Source of the DNA: an uncultured Chloroflexia bacterium | Lineage (GTDB): Bacteria; Chloroflexota; Limnocylindria; Limnocylindrales; CSP1-4 | Assembly (NCBI GenBank): GCA_963819655.1 | Contig: CAWFXA010000001.1 | Coordinates: 416,001 to 480,000, forward strand | Reading direction: 5' to 3' | Length of the DNA stretch: 64,000 bases | Part shown: positions 11,344-21,422 of the stretch, in pieces | Layout: each line of letters opens with the position of its first letter | How positions within the stretch are numbered: the first letter of the stretch is position 1 | The notes under the pieces: model-generated | The model's database searches: none | The model's input: only the letters and a program-made list of their open reading frames with translations | What the model was told of the DNA's origin: nothing | Translations under genes and position numbers: made by a program

Positions 11344-11370
11344 CCCGGCACCACCGCTAGGCTGACCGAC

Positions 11371-12048
11371 ATGCACCTGCTCGTCGTCGAGGACGACCCT
11401 CGCCTGTCGCGGCTCCTCAAGCGTCTGCTCGAGGACGACCGTCATGTCGTCGAGCTCGCGACGGACGGCCGATCGGGGCTCGAGATCGCCGAGGACGCGC
11501 CCGGGATCGAGTGCGTGATCCTCGACATCGGCCTGCCCGATATCAGCGGGCTGGAGGTCGCGCGACGTCTCCGGGCTGCCGGCTCCGAGCTCCCGATCCT
11601 CATGCTCACGGCACGCGACACCGTCGGCGATCGGGTGACCGGCCTCGACGCGGGCGCCGACGACTACCTCGTCAAGCCGTTTGCGTTCGAGGAGCTCTCG
11701 GCTCGGCTGCGGGCCCTCGCCCGCCGGGGTGCGCCACCCGGACGCCGGACGAAGCCGACCCTAGTCGCAGGGCCGATCGCCTTGGATGAGACCGCCCGAC
11801 GCGTGACGGTCGACGGTTCGACCGTCGACCTGAGCCCGCGCGAGTTCTCGCTGCTCGAATGCCTCCTCCGGCATGCCGGCCAGACCCTGTCGCGCGACCA
11901 GCTGCTCGATCAGGCCTGGCCGTTCGGCGTCGCCGTGACCCCGAACGCGGTCGACGCGTACATCCACTACCTGCGCGACAAGCTCGGCTCGGCCGGCCGC
12001 TACATCGAGACGGTGCGAGGTGTCGGCTACCGACTCGCCGATGCCTGA
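11371..12048 (+). CDS. OmpR-family response regulator
   Basis: VVEDD, ILDIGLP, MLTAR, GADDYLVKPF, IETVRGVGY. Confidence 0.96.
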   Translation: MHLLVVEDDPRLSRLLKRLLEDDRHVVELATDGRSGLEIAEDAPGIECVILDIGLPDISGLEVARRLRAAGSELPILMLTARDTVGDRVTGLDAGADDYLVKPFAFEELSARLRALARRGAPPGRRTKPTLVAGPIALDETARRVTVDGSTVDLSPREFSLLECLLRHAGQTLSRDQLLDQAWPFGVAVTPNAVDAYIHYLRDKLGSAGRYIETVRGVGYRLADA

Positions 12049-13390
12049 GGGCGTGACGGCGGAGGAAGCGCGGCTCCTTCGCCGGGTCCGGATCCAGCTG
12101 GTGCTGTGGAGCGGCGGCATCACGCTCGCGCTGCTGGTCGTGCTCGGGATCGTTCTGTACATCGCGGTCGACCGCTCGCTGTCGAGCTCGGGGACTGCCG
12201 AGTTGATCGGCCAGGCGAACTCGATCACCGGACGGCCGCCGGGCCCGAACGACGAGCTGCCGACCGGTGGGTTCATCTTCGGTGGGCCCGGGTCCGGGAC
12301 GTTGACGTTGGTCCTCGACGACCTGGGCGTGCCGATCAGGCAGGGTCCGCTCGTCCCGGAAGGCCTGCCCGTCATGGCCTCCGTCGACGCGGCGCGTGCG
12401 ACCGGGAAGCGGGACATCCGGGACGCGACGGTCCCGATCAAGGTGCGGGACGTCACGCCTGCGGCGGTCCGCGCAACGGTGACCGATACGCCGGTCCGGG
12501 TGCTGACCGATCCGGTCACGTTCCGTGGCCGGCAGCTGTTCATCCAGATCGTCGGCGACCGGACGACCGAGGAGCGGACCCTGCAGATCCTCGTGCTGGT
12601 CCTCGTCGTCGGCGGTGGCATTGCGTTGCTCGTCGCGTCCGGCGTTGGGGCGGCCTACGCGAACCGCGCCCTCGTGCCGATCCGCCAGTCCCTCGTGAAC
12701 CAGCGCGAGGCGTTGCGCCGGCAGCGCGAGTTCGCCGCGGACGCATCGCACGAGCTGCGCACGCCCCTGACCGTAATCCGGGCGAGCGTCGATGACCTCG
12801 AGCGACACCCGAAGCGATCTGTGGCCACGGTCGGGAACGCGCTGACCGACATCCGTGACGAGGTCGACCACCTCACGTCGATGGTCGACGACCTGCTTCT
12901 GCTGGCGCGGTCGGATTCGGGCGCCGTAGAACTGGAGAGGGTGCCACTCGACGTGGGGGACATCGCCTCGACGGGGGCGTCCGCCCTGACGCGGCTGGCC
13001 GAGGAACGACAGGTCAGTCTGGTCGTCGACCCGGTCCCGGCCGAGATAACCGGCGACCCGGCCAGGTTGCGGCAGCTCGTCGCGATCCTGGTCGACAACG
13101 CGATCCGCCATGCGCCGGGTGGCAGCCGGGTCGACGTGCGCGTTCGGACCGACGGCGGTGATGCGGTCGTCGTCGTCGAGGACGAGGGCCCGGGCATCCG
13201 GGCCGAGGACCTGCCACGGGTCTTCGACCGGTTCTATCGCGGCGCCGGCGCGCCCGGTGGCGGGACGGGGCTCGGGTTGGCGATCGCGGCCTGGATCGTG
13301 GAGCGGCACGGTGGCCGGATCGCGGCCGCGAACCGGGACGGCGGCGGGGCCCGCTTCACGGTGCGTCTGCCGCTTGTCAGGACGGAGTGA
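12041..13390 (+). CDS. sensor histidine kinase
   Basis: Two TMs; H-box ADASHELRTPL, N-box LVDNAIRH, DEGPGI, GTGLGLAI. Confidence 0.95.
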   Translation: MPEGVTAEEARLLRRVRIQLVLWSGGITLALLVVLGIVLYIAVDRSLSSSGTAELIGQANSITGRPPGPNDELPTGGFIFGGPGSGTLTLVLDDLGVPIRQGPLVPEGLPVMASVDAARATGKRDIRDATVPIKVRDVTPAAVRATVTDTPVRVLTDPVTFRGRQLFIQIVGDRTTEERTLQILVLVLVVGGGIALLVASGVGAAYANRALVPIRQSLVNQREALRRQREFAADASHELRTPLTVIRASVDDLERHPKRSVATVGNALTDIRDEVDHLTSMVDDLLLLARSDSGAVELERVPLDVGDIASTGASALTRLAEERQVSLVVDPVPAEITGDPARLRQLVAILVDNAIRHAPGGSRVDVRVRTDGGDAVVVVEDEGPGIRAEDLPRVFDRFYRGAGAPGGGTGLGLAIAAWIVERHGGRIAAANRDGGGARFTVRLPLVRTE

Positions 13391-13424
13391 CGGCGCGCGA
13401 CGGGACGCCGTGACCCCGCCGACC

Positions 13425-13617
13425 AGCGGCTGATCGTTCTCCGCCAGATACCCGTGGACGGAGTCTTCGGCGCCGAATCCGACGACCGATCTCGCTCAGT
13501 GGCCGAAGCACCCGTACGGGAGCGCACCTCCGAGCCCATCAGCCGGCCGAATCGCGTCTGGTTGGCCGCCTAAGACTCCTGGGGCGAGTATCTGGCGGCC
13601 ATACATGATCGGCCGCT
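13425..13617. repeat. ~190-bp imperfect inverted repeat (rod-like hairpin; MITE/REP-like element or structured RNA)
   Basis: Paired arms AGCGGCTGATC/GATCGGCCGCT, CCGCCAGATAC/GTATCTGGCGG and GGAGTCTT/AAGACTCC. Confidence 0.7.
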
Positions 13618-13649
13618 TCGAGGGCCTACCTTCTCGCTAGTCTTGCTGC

Positions 13650-15634
13650 ATGGCGAATAGTCGAGGACCGTGGCCGATCTTCGGGCACGACGCCGCTGAC
13701 GTCGCGTGGCGGCCCGATCCGGCTGCGGCGGTCGAGGCGCGACTGGCGCGGTTCCTGGCGCTCGACCGGGGAGCCGTCACTCGACGGCGCTCCAGGCTCG
13801 AGCGGTCGCGGATCCGGCCTGGTTCTGGGGCGCGGCCTCGGACGACATCGCCATCCCGTGGACGCGGCGGCCCCGCGAGGTCGCGGACTTGTCCGGTGGG
13901 CCGGCCTGGACGCGTTGGTGGGTCGGCGGGTCGTTCGATTGGTCGTGGGCCGCCGTCGAGCCGCGTGCAGCACGCGATCCGGACGGCATCGCCATCACTT
14001 GGGAAGGCGAGGACGGCTCGGTCCGGTCGATGACCAGCACCGAGCTGGCAGGCGCCGTCCGCGCCGCCGCCGGGCAGTTCGCCGACCTGGGCGTGGGCGC
14101 CGGCGACCGCGTCGGGATCCTTCTCCCGATGCTGCCCGAGACCGTCATCGCCGTGTTGGCTGTGAGCCGGCTCGGGGCGATCTTCACGCCGATCTTCTCG
14201 GGCTACGCGGCCCCGGCCATCGCCTCGCGCCTTGCCGACTGCGGCGCAAAGATGCTTATCACCGCCGACGGCTTCCTGCGCCGCGGCTCATGGGTCGACC
14301 TGAAGTCGGTCGCGGACGCGGCAGTCGCGGGGGTGCCCTCGGTCGAGCGCGTCCTCGTCGTTCGCCGCGCGGGCGACGTGCTGTCGATCCCGTGGCGGGA
14401 GCCGAGGGACGTGTGGTGGGCGTCAGATAGGCCCGGCGTACCGGGATCGCCGCCGGAGCGCGACCCCGAGACGCCCTACATGATCATCTACACGTCCGGC
14501 ACGACCGGTCGGCCGAAGGGCGCCGTCCACGTCCACGGCGGCTTCCCGATCAAGGCCGCTCAGGACCTCGCTCACACGTTCGACCTGACCGAGCGCGACG
14601 CGCTGTTCTGGTTCACCGACCTCGGCTGGATGATGGGGCCCTGGGCGATCGCCGGCGCGCTCCTGCTCGGCGCCCGCCTCGTTCTCTACGAAGGGGCGCC
14701 GGACTTCCCGGGCCCCGACCGGCTGTGGGAGATCGTCGCCCGACACAAGGTCACCCACCTTGGCCTGTCGCCGACCGTCATCCGCGCCTTGATGGCGCAC
14801 GGCGAGGAGCCCGTTCGCGCGCATGACCGGTCTTCGCTCCGCATCCTTGGCTCGACCGGGGAGCCGTGGAACCCGGAGCCGTGGTGGTGGTTCTTCCGCG
14901 AAGTCGGCGAGGGCCGCTGCCCGATCGTCAACTACAGCGGCGGCACAGAGGTCAGTGGCGGGATCGTCGGCGGCAATGTGGTCGGGCCGATCAAGCCCAC
15001 GAGCTTCTCGGGCCCGTGCATCGGGACGGCCGCCGACGTCGTCGATGACGCGGGCGCGCCGGTGCGCGGCCGGGTCGGCGAGCTCGTCATCCGCGCACCG
15101 ATGCCGGGGATGACCCGCGGCTTCTGGGGCGACCGCGAGCGATACGAAGAGGCCTACTGGTCGCGCTGGCCCGGGCTGTGGGCGCATGGCGACTGGGCGT
15201 CGATCGATGCCGACGGCTTCTGGTACATCCATGGTCGCTCGGACGACACGCTCAAGGTCGCCGGCAAGCGGGTCGGCCCGGCCGAGGTCGAGAGTGCGGC
15301 CGTCGGGCATCCGTCGGTGCTCGAGGCGGCCGCGATCGGTGTCCCGCACGCGATCAAGGGCGAGGCGATCGTCGTGCTGTGCGTGCTCCGCCCGGGCGAG
15401 ACCGACGACGATGCGCTGCGCGGCGCGATCTCGAAGGCCGTGACCGACAACCTGGGCAAGCCGCTCAAACCCGAGGTGGTGGCCGTTGTCCGGTCCCTCC
15501 CCAAGACGCGGTCGGGCAAGGTCATGCGCCGGGTCATCCGAGCCGCCTGGCTCGGCCTCGATCCCGGCGACCTGTCAGCGCTCGACGACCCGGCCTCGGT
15601 CGAGGCCATCCGGGCCGTATCCTTGGGTCGATGA
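13650..15634 (+). CDS. acetate/acyl-CoA ligase (AMP-forming, Acs-like); two apparent +1 insertions near 13761 and 13786
   Basis: IYTSGTTGRPKG, FTDLGWMMG, GSTGEPW, YSGGTE, GRSDDTLKVAGKR, LPKTRSGK; the N-terminus is encoded in frame 13650. Confidence 0.9.
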
Positions 15635-16104
15635 CCCAGATCGCGGCCCCGCAACGCGACATCGTCAGCTGGGACGACCTCGACCGGCTGGTCGGGGTGG
15701 TCGCGGAACGCCTCGCCGGCCGGCAGTTCGACGTGATGCTGGCGATCACGCGTGGCGGCATGGTGCCGGCCGGGATGCTGGCGTATCGACTCCGGCTGCG
15801 CGACATCCTCGTCGCCGCCGTCGAGTACTACGACGACAGCGGCCAGCCCGGTCCGCGGCCGACCTTCTTCCAGTTCCCGGCCGACCCGCTATTGCGCGGC
15901 AAGCGCGTGCTGATCGTCGACGAGGTGTGGGACAGCGGCACGACGATCCACGCCGTCACGGAGCGCGTCCGTCAGGCCGGTGGCTCGCCGGTCACCGCCG
16001 TCCTCCATTACAAGCCGGAGCATTCCGTCGTCCCCGCCGGCCCCGACGTCTACGCGGTCGAGACCGACCGCTGGGTCGTTTATCCGTTCAAGGCCGGCCT
16101 GTAG
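15631..16104 (+). CDS. type I phosphoribosyltransferase (xanthine/guanine PRT-like)
   Basis: AITRGG, PRPP loop VLIVDEVWDSGTT, WVVYPF; ATGA overlap with the upstream gene. Confidence 0.9.
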   Translation: MTQIAAPQRDIVSWDDLDRLVGVVAERLAGRQFDVMLAITRGGMVPAGMLAYRLRLRDILVAAVEYYDDSGQPGPRPTFFQFPADPLLRGKRVLIVDEVWDSGTTIHAVTERVRQAGGSPVTAVLHYKPEHSVVPAGPDVYAVETDRWVVYPFKAGL

Positions 16105-16131
16105 GCCGGATCGTTCCCCCGGAGGACCGTG

Positions 16132-17217
16132 ATGACCGATGTCCAGCTCCTTGTCGGCACGCCGAAAGGTGCCTTCATCCTCGACAGCGATCAGGACCGC
16201 CGCGACTGGGCGGTGCGTGGGCCGCTGTGCGAGGGCTGGCCGATCCACGACCTGATCATCGAGCCGTCGAGCGGCGCGATCCTGGCCGCGGGCGGGAGCC
16301 CCTGGTACGGCCCGGCCGTGTGGCGGAGCGAGGACGGCGGGACCACGTGGACGCACTCGTCCGAGGGGCTGACCTACGGCGAGGGTGAGGGCGTCGAGCC
16401 GATCGCCACCGTCTGGAGCCTGGCGACTGGGCCGGACGGGACGCTGTTCGCCGGCGTCGAACCGGCCGGTCTCTTCCGGAGCTCGGATGGCGGCGCGACC
16501 TGGTCCCACGTCGAAGGGCTCACGAACCATCCGACGCGCTCGACCTGGGGGCCTGGCGCCGGCGGGCTGATCCTCCACACGATCGTCCCTCACCCGACGG
16601 ACCCGCAGCGGACATGGGTCGGGATCTCGGCGGTGGGCGTGTTCGAGACGCGCGACGGCGGGGCGTCGTGGGAGCCGCGGAACAAGGGCGTTCGCGCCGA
16701 TTTCAACCCGGGACCCGAACCGGAGACCGGTCAGTGCGTCCACAAGCTCGCGATGGCGGCCGGTGAGCCCGAGACCCTCTATCAGCAGAACCACTGCGGC
16801 CAGTACCGCTCGACCGACGGCGGCCTGACCTGGACCGACCTCTCCGCGAACGGCGTGTCCAGCCAGTTCGGCTTCCCGCTCGTGACCCATCCGCGCGACC
16901 CGAAGACCTTCTGGGTCATCCCGTTGACCCAGCCGGAGGAGGGTCGCTACATGCCCGATGCGAGTGCAGCGGTGTGGCGGACGACCGACCGCGGCGACAC
17001 ATGGACGCGCGGAGGATCCGGGCTGCCGCAGGAAGACGCCTACCTCGGCGTGCTGCGCGAGGCGATGGCGCGCGACACGCTCGATCCGGTCGGCGTGACG
17101 TTCGGCACCAAGACCGGCCAGCTCTGGCACAGCGCCGACGAGGGGGACTCGTGGCGGCTCGTCACGGCCAACCTGCCCGAGATCTGGGCGGTCGAGGCGG
17201 TCGTCCGCGAGCACTGA
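16132..17217 (+). CDS. BNR/Asp-box beta-propeller protein (sialidase-like fold)
   Basis: Repeated S/TxDGGxTW Asp boxes; LLVGTPKGAF, GQCVHK, QQNHCG. Confidence 0.88.
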   Translation: MTDVQLLVGTPKGAFILDSDQDRRDWAVRGPLCEGWPIHDLIIEPSSGAILAAGGSPWYGPAVWRSEDGGTTWTHSSEGLTYGEGEGVEPIATVWSLATGPDGTLFAGVEPAGLFRSSDGGATWSHVEGLTNHPTRSTWGPGAGGLILHTIVPHPTDPQRTWVGISAVGVFETRDGGASWEPRNKGVRADFNPGPEPETGQCVHKLAMAAGEPETLYQQNHCGQYRSTDGGLTWTDLSANGVSSQFGFPLVTHPRDPKTFWVIPLTQPEEGRYMPDASAAVWRTTDRGDTWTRGGSGLPQEDAYLGVLREAMARDTLDPVGVTFGTKTGQLWHSADEGDSWRLVTANLPEIWAVEAVVREH

Positions 17218-17221
17218 GGCG

Positions 17222-17485
17222 ATGGCGACCGTCCTGCTGCCGAGGTCGCTGCTCACGCTGTTCCCCGGCGTCGAACGACGCCACGTGCTGGCCGGCGAGA
17301 CCGTGGATGCGCTGATCGCGGCGCTCGATACGCAGGCGCCCGGCATGCGCGACCGGCTGGTCGAGCCAGGACCGCGGTTGCGGCCCCACATCAATGTGTT
17401 CGTCGACGGCCAGATGGCCGATCTCGCGACGCCGGTCGGCGCCGCGGCCACGGTGCATGTCATCCCGGCGGTGTCGGGCGGCTAA
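17222..17485 (+). CDS. MoaD/ThiS-family ubiquitin-like protein
   Basis: 87 aa; HINVFVDG; C-terminal IPAVSGG. Confidence 0.93.
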   Translation: MATVLLPRSLLTLFPGVERRHVLAGETVDALIAALDTQAPGMRDRLVEPGPRLRPHINVFVDGQMADLATPVGAAATVHVIPAVSGG

Positions 17486-17520
17486 CGGGGCGTTTGGCAG
17501 CCCGTCCCGTCTCGCGGCCC

Positions 17521-19137
17521 TCAGTCCTTGTCGAACGCCCCCAGCGCGTCGAACGATTCGGTCCGCTCTGCGACCGCGTCGCCACCGATGGCCCACGTCG
17601 CCCGACCCTCGCGATTGCGGCCGACTGCCCGCGGCGGATCGCCCACGACCGCGCGCCAACCGAGATCGGACAGTCGGTCGAGCGTGGTCATCGCGACTGC
17701 GAGCATCGCGGTGGCGTGATCGTGGGCGACGCCGTGGAGCGGCCGCCGCGTCGAGACGCCGGCGACCTCGGTCGCGGTCCGTGCCGCGGCCCGAGCGTCG
17801 CTGGCCGCCAGAGCCATGTCCGGGTGGCTGCGCCGCATCAGCAGGGCACTCGGGCCGGTCCGCGTCAGCGCCGCCGCCACGATGTACGACCACGCGGCGG
17901 CCGGACCCCCGATCGACCCATTTGCGACGGGCTCGTCGAACCGGATGATGTGATCGGGGAACAGCGAGCGTCGGACGTCGACCTCGGCGAGGACGCGGGC
18001 CACGGCCGACGGCTCATCGGCCAGCCACGCCGGATACGCGCCGACGACCATCCGGTCGCTCGACAGACCGTCGGCGCGCGCGAGCGCCACGCCCAGCAGC
18101 TGCAGCGCAAGCGCCCGGCCCGACCGGGTCGCCGGATCCGACGGCACGCCAGAGACGAGATCGGGGGCGACGACCAGCGGCCCCGGTCCGATCGACACGA
18201 ACGTGTCGGAGCGTCGATGAAGCCTTCGGGCGAAGGCGTGGTCGGCCAGCGACCGGTCGGGATCGACGCCACCGACGACGATCTCGGCGACGGGATCGGC
18301 CTCGACCAGGTCGACGCGCTCGAAGGCTGCGACCACGGCCCCCTCCGGCACGCCGAGCGGCGGGATCGCGGTCCCAAGGCGCACGTAGCCGCGGCGTTGG
18401 GCGGCGACACCGTCGGCGGCGCGGCGGAGACGCGCGAGAGCGCGCTGACTGCCCGAGGGCGCGGGGTCGGCGCCGTCCATATCCGCGACCCTCGAGCGCC
18501 CACCACGACTATCCCTCGGGTGCCATTCCGGTGGCTCGACGCCCGCCGATTGCATCCGGTCTGCCAGCTCGCGACCGATCGGCACCTCGACCCGGAGGAG
18601 GTCGAACCCGGCCGATGCGAGCGCGGCGGCCTCGTCGAGCGCCTCGTCGACTTCGGGTTCGGCGAGTGTCGTGCCGATCCACGGACGGGACGCCTCACCC
18701 AGCAGGTCCAGGAGCTCCCGACGGGCGATCCGGTCGGCGTCGATCCGATCGACGGCGACGCCCACCAGGCGCTCGGCTTCGGCGACCGCGATCGCCCGAC
18801 GCTCCGGTTCCCGCAGCAATTCCGCTTCCAGCGCGAGATCGATCGCGCCGGACGCCACGTCGAGTGCCAGCTGCTGCGGCTCGAGGTCGTACTCGGTCAG
18901 GGCCATCGCGAACGGCAGCGCGATGCCACCGCCGAGCCCGTCCTGTGCGCTCGTCAGCCAGCGGTCCACCGCGGCGCCCGCGAGAGGCCGCCCCGAGCGG
19001 TCCAGCCCGGTCACCCCGAACAGCCGCAGCAGCGCCCGCTCCTGGCCGAGCGTTGTCGATGCCCGGGCGCGCGCGCCCCACGCGCCGGCGAGCGTCTCGG
19101 CGCGTTCCGCCAGCTTGTCGATCGCGCGATCAGCCAC
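17521..19137 (-). CDS. lysine 5,6-aminomutase alpha-subunit-like TIM-barrel protein (degenerate)
   Basis: STTLGQERALLRLFGVTG...PL and SQRALARLRRAAD...YVRL...PEGAVVAAFERVDLVEAD...DRSLADH align by eye to KamD; GTG start near the M55 stop. Confidence 0.72.
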   Translation of the reverse strand: MADRAIDKLAERAETLAGAWGARARASTTLGQERALLRLFGVTGLDRSGRPLAGAAVDRWLTSAQDGLGGGIALPFAMALTEYDLEPQQLALDVASGAIDLALEAELLREPERRAIAVAEAERLVGVAVDRIDADRIARRELLDLLGEASRPWIGTTLAEPEVDEALDEAAALASAGFDLLRVEVPIGRELADRMQSAGVEPPEWHPRDSRGGRSRVADMDGADPAPSGSQRALARLRRAADGVAAQRRGYVRLGTAIPPLGVPEGAVVAAFERVDLVEADPVAEIVVGGVDPDRSLADHAFARRLHRRSDTFVSIGPGPLVVAPDLVSGVPSDPATRSGRALALQLLGVALARADGLSSDRMVVGAYPAWLADEPSAVARVLAEVDVRRSLFPDHIIRFDEPVANGSIGGPAAAWSYIVAAALTRTGPSALLMRRSHPDMALAASDARAAARTATEVAGVSTRRPLHGVAHDHATAMLAVAMTTLDRLSDLGWRAVVGDPPRAVGRNREGRATWAIGGDAVAERTESFDALGAFDKD

Positions 19138-19975
19138 TGACCGACTCGACCAGGCGCACGATCGAGAGGAACCCGCGGAAGGCGGTCTCGGGGTCGTCGT
19201 GTGCGAATCGGACGGTCCGGTCGCCGACGCGCTCGACGCCGGGCATGATCGCCGCGTGGTCGGCGATGACCCCGCGCGGGACGTCGATCTCGATGGTGAC
19301 GGGCCGCCCAACCTCGAGGACCTGCAGCTCGCCAGCCGTGGCGGCGCGCCTGACCGCGCGCTCGGCACCCTCGCGGACGCGGTCGCGCGCGACCGTCGGA
19401 TGGAACGACGTCGCGCTATGGCCGCCGTCGATCGTCTTGACGACGACCCGCTCGGCCCACGGCAGCCAGCCCTCGACCTCCTCGGCCAGGGCGTCGTCCC
19501 CGCCGACCATGCCGACCGGGATGCCCCATGCACCGAGGACGAGCGCATTGACGCCGTACTCGCCGGTCGGCCGGCCGTCGAGGCGGGTCTCGACCGGCAT
19601 GCCTGAATACGTGTGGGCGATCGTCCCGCTCGGGTGGCCTGCTCGCGCGTGGTAGCCGACGAACAGGGCGACATCGAACGATGGCCGGCCGTCCGCGTCC
19701 CGCCTGGCGCCGGCCACCATCGACCACGCCTTCTGGCCTTGCAGCACCCGGGCGCTCGGGTGGACGTCGGCGGGGAGCAGGTTGTACATGTTCCAGTGGC
19801 TGTCGTTGACGAGGATGTCGGTGGCGCCAGCGGCGAGAGCGCCCTCGATCGCCGCGTTGGTTTCGCCAACCATCAGGTCCACGGCCACCGGGTAGCGGCG
19901 GTCGGCGGGGTCGGTCGGATGCGGGTGGGTGATCCCCGCGATGCCCTCCATGTCGACGCTGATGTAGACCCTCAC
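19130..19975 (-). CDS. M55 family D-aminopeptidase (DppA-like)
   Basis: YISVDMEGI, VNDSH, FVGYHA, AHTY, GEYG. Confidence 0.93.
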   Translation of the reverse strand: MRVYISVDMEGIAGITHPHPTDPADRRYPVAVDLMVGETNAAIEGALAAGATDILVNDSHWNMYNLLPADVHPSARVLQGQKAWSMVAGARRDADGRPSFDVALFVGYHARAGHPSGTIAHTYSGMPVETRLDGRPTGEYGVNALVLGAWGIPVGMVGGDDALAEEVEGWLPWAERVVVKTIDGGHSATSFHPTVARDRVREGAERAVRRAATAGELQVLEVGRPVTIEIDVPRGVIADHAAIMPGVERVGDRTVRFAHDDPETAFRGFLSIVRLVESVSG

Positions 19976-20715
19976 GAGCCCTCCTCCGGTCCGGTCCGCG
20001 CCGCCTGCCCGATCCAGACATGCCCGTCGCTGAAGCGCTCGGCCTTCCAGATCGGTGCGCGCGCCTTCGTCTCATCGATGGCGTAGCGAGCAGCCTCGAA
20101 CGCTGCGTCGCGGTGCGCGCTGACGGCCACGACGGCGATCGACACCTCGCCGAGGGGCACTTCCCCGGTCCGGTGCACGATCGCCACCCGCTCGACGCCG
20201 AAGCGCGCGGCGATCTCGTCGGCGATCTCGCCAAGCACCCCGATGGCCATCGATTCGTGGGCCTCGTACTCGAGCGATTCGACCGCTCGATCGGCGTGGC
20301 GCGCGGCCTCGGCTTCCTGACCCGGTGCCGGCGTGCCGGGCGTCACACGGGTCCGGCCGAGGAACCCGACCGCGGCGCCGTCCTCGGGCGTGGCCAGCCG
20401 GGCGGTGAGATCGGCGAGGATCCTTTCGTCGAACGGGTCCGCCCGCAGCTCGAGCACGCGACGCGCGGCGCCACCGCCCGACACCGGCGGGATCATCGCG
20501 ACCTCGTCGCCATCGGCGAGCAGCGTGGTCTCGTCCGCGTACGCGCCGTTTCGCGCGAACCGGACCGAGGCGCGCCCCGGCTCCAGCGAGGGATGGGCCG
20601 TCACGAGCGCCGTCCAGGCATCGGCGACGGTGGCGCCGTCCTCGAGCTGGAGCGGGACCTCGCGCGTGCCGGCGAGCTCGCGCTGGATCGCGAAGAGCCG
20701 GACGCGGATGCGCAC
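19972..20715 (-). CDS. fused MoaD-MoaE molybdopterin synthase (MoaX-like)
   Basis: VRIRVRLFA...EVAMIPPVSGG then GAAVGFLG, LEYEAH, VHRTG, SAHRDAAF, IDETKARAPIWKAE. Confidence 0.92.
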   Translation of the reverse strand: MRIRVRLFAIQRELAGTREVPLQLEDGATVADAWTALVTAHPSLEPGRASVRFARNGAYADETTLLADGDEVAMIPPVSGGGAARRVLELRADPFDERILADLTARLATPEDGAAVGFLGRTRVTPGTPAPGQEAEAARHADRAVESLEYEAHESMAIGVLGEIADEIAARFGVERVAIVHRTGEVPLGEVSIAVVAVSAHRDAAFEAARYAIDETKARAPIWKAERFSDGHVWIGQAARTGPEEGS

Positions 20716-20728
20716 GCGAGCGGTGCCC

Positions 20729-21394
20729 TCACCCGCGCCATGTCGCGGCGAGCAGCCCGTCGCCGACCGGCAGGATGGTGGCCGTGAACCGCGCGTCGCC
20801 GAGGACGCGTTCGCAGAATGCACGGAGGGCGGTCGTCCGCTCGCCGTCGTCGTCGGGACGAGATCCGCCGACGCGCCCGCTCCACAGGACGTTGTCGGCG
20901 AGGATCAGCGCGCCGGGCGCGAGGCGCCCGTCGATGAGCGCGTCGAGATAGGCCGTGTATTCCTGCTTGATCGCGTCGATGAACGCGAGATCGAACGGAC
21001 CGGTGAGCGCAGGGTCGGCAGACCCGAAGGCGTCGAGTGCCTTGGCCGAGATGATCGAGATCCGTTCGTCCGCGATGCCGGCCTCGCGCCACCAGCTTCG
21101 GGCGAGGTCGGTCCGCTCGCGGTCCGGGTCGATGGTGACGATCGTACCGTCGTCGGGTTGACCGAGGGCCAGCCACAGCGTCGAGAACCCGTACGCCGTT
21201 CCGACCTCGACGATGCGGCGCCGGCCCCCGGCGAGCGTGGACAGGACGCGGCCCGCATCGCGATCGACGATCGGGATCCCGAGCGGCTTGGCGGCGACCT
21301 CGATGGCGGCGAGCGCGGGCGGGAGCGGCGGCGCGATCGACTCGATCCAGTCGAGGTCGGTGGCGTCGGGGATCCAGTCGCGCTCGCTCTTCAT
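20729..21394 (-). CDS. O-methyltransferase (caffeoyl-CoA/YrrM type)
   Basis: VEVGTAYGFS, FDLAFIDA, ADNVLWSG, LPVGDG. Confidence 0.92.
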   Translation of the reverse strand: MKSERDWIPDATDLDWIESIAPPLPPALAAIEVAAKPLGIPIVDRDAGRVLSTLAGGRRRIVEVGTAYGFSTLWLALGQPDDGTIVTIDPDRERTDLARSWWREAGIADERISIISAKALDAFGSADPALTGPFDLAFIDAIKQEYTAYLDALIDGRLAPGALILADNVLWSGRVGGSRPDDDGERTTALRAFCERVLGDARFTATILPVGDGLLAATWRG

Positions 21395-21422
21395 CGCTGC
21401 TCCACGTGCGTGTCGGTGCCGG

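Noticed and set aside
17521-19869. 782-aa ORF read as a single long protein
   Set aside because: Its first ~244 aa are an alternate frame of the M55 gene; similarity begins at GTG 19137.
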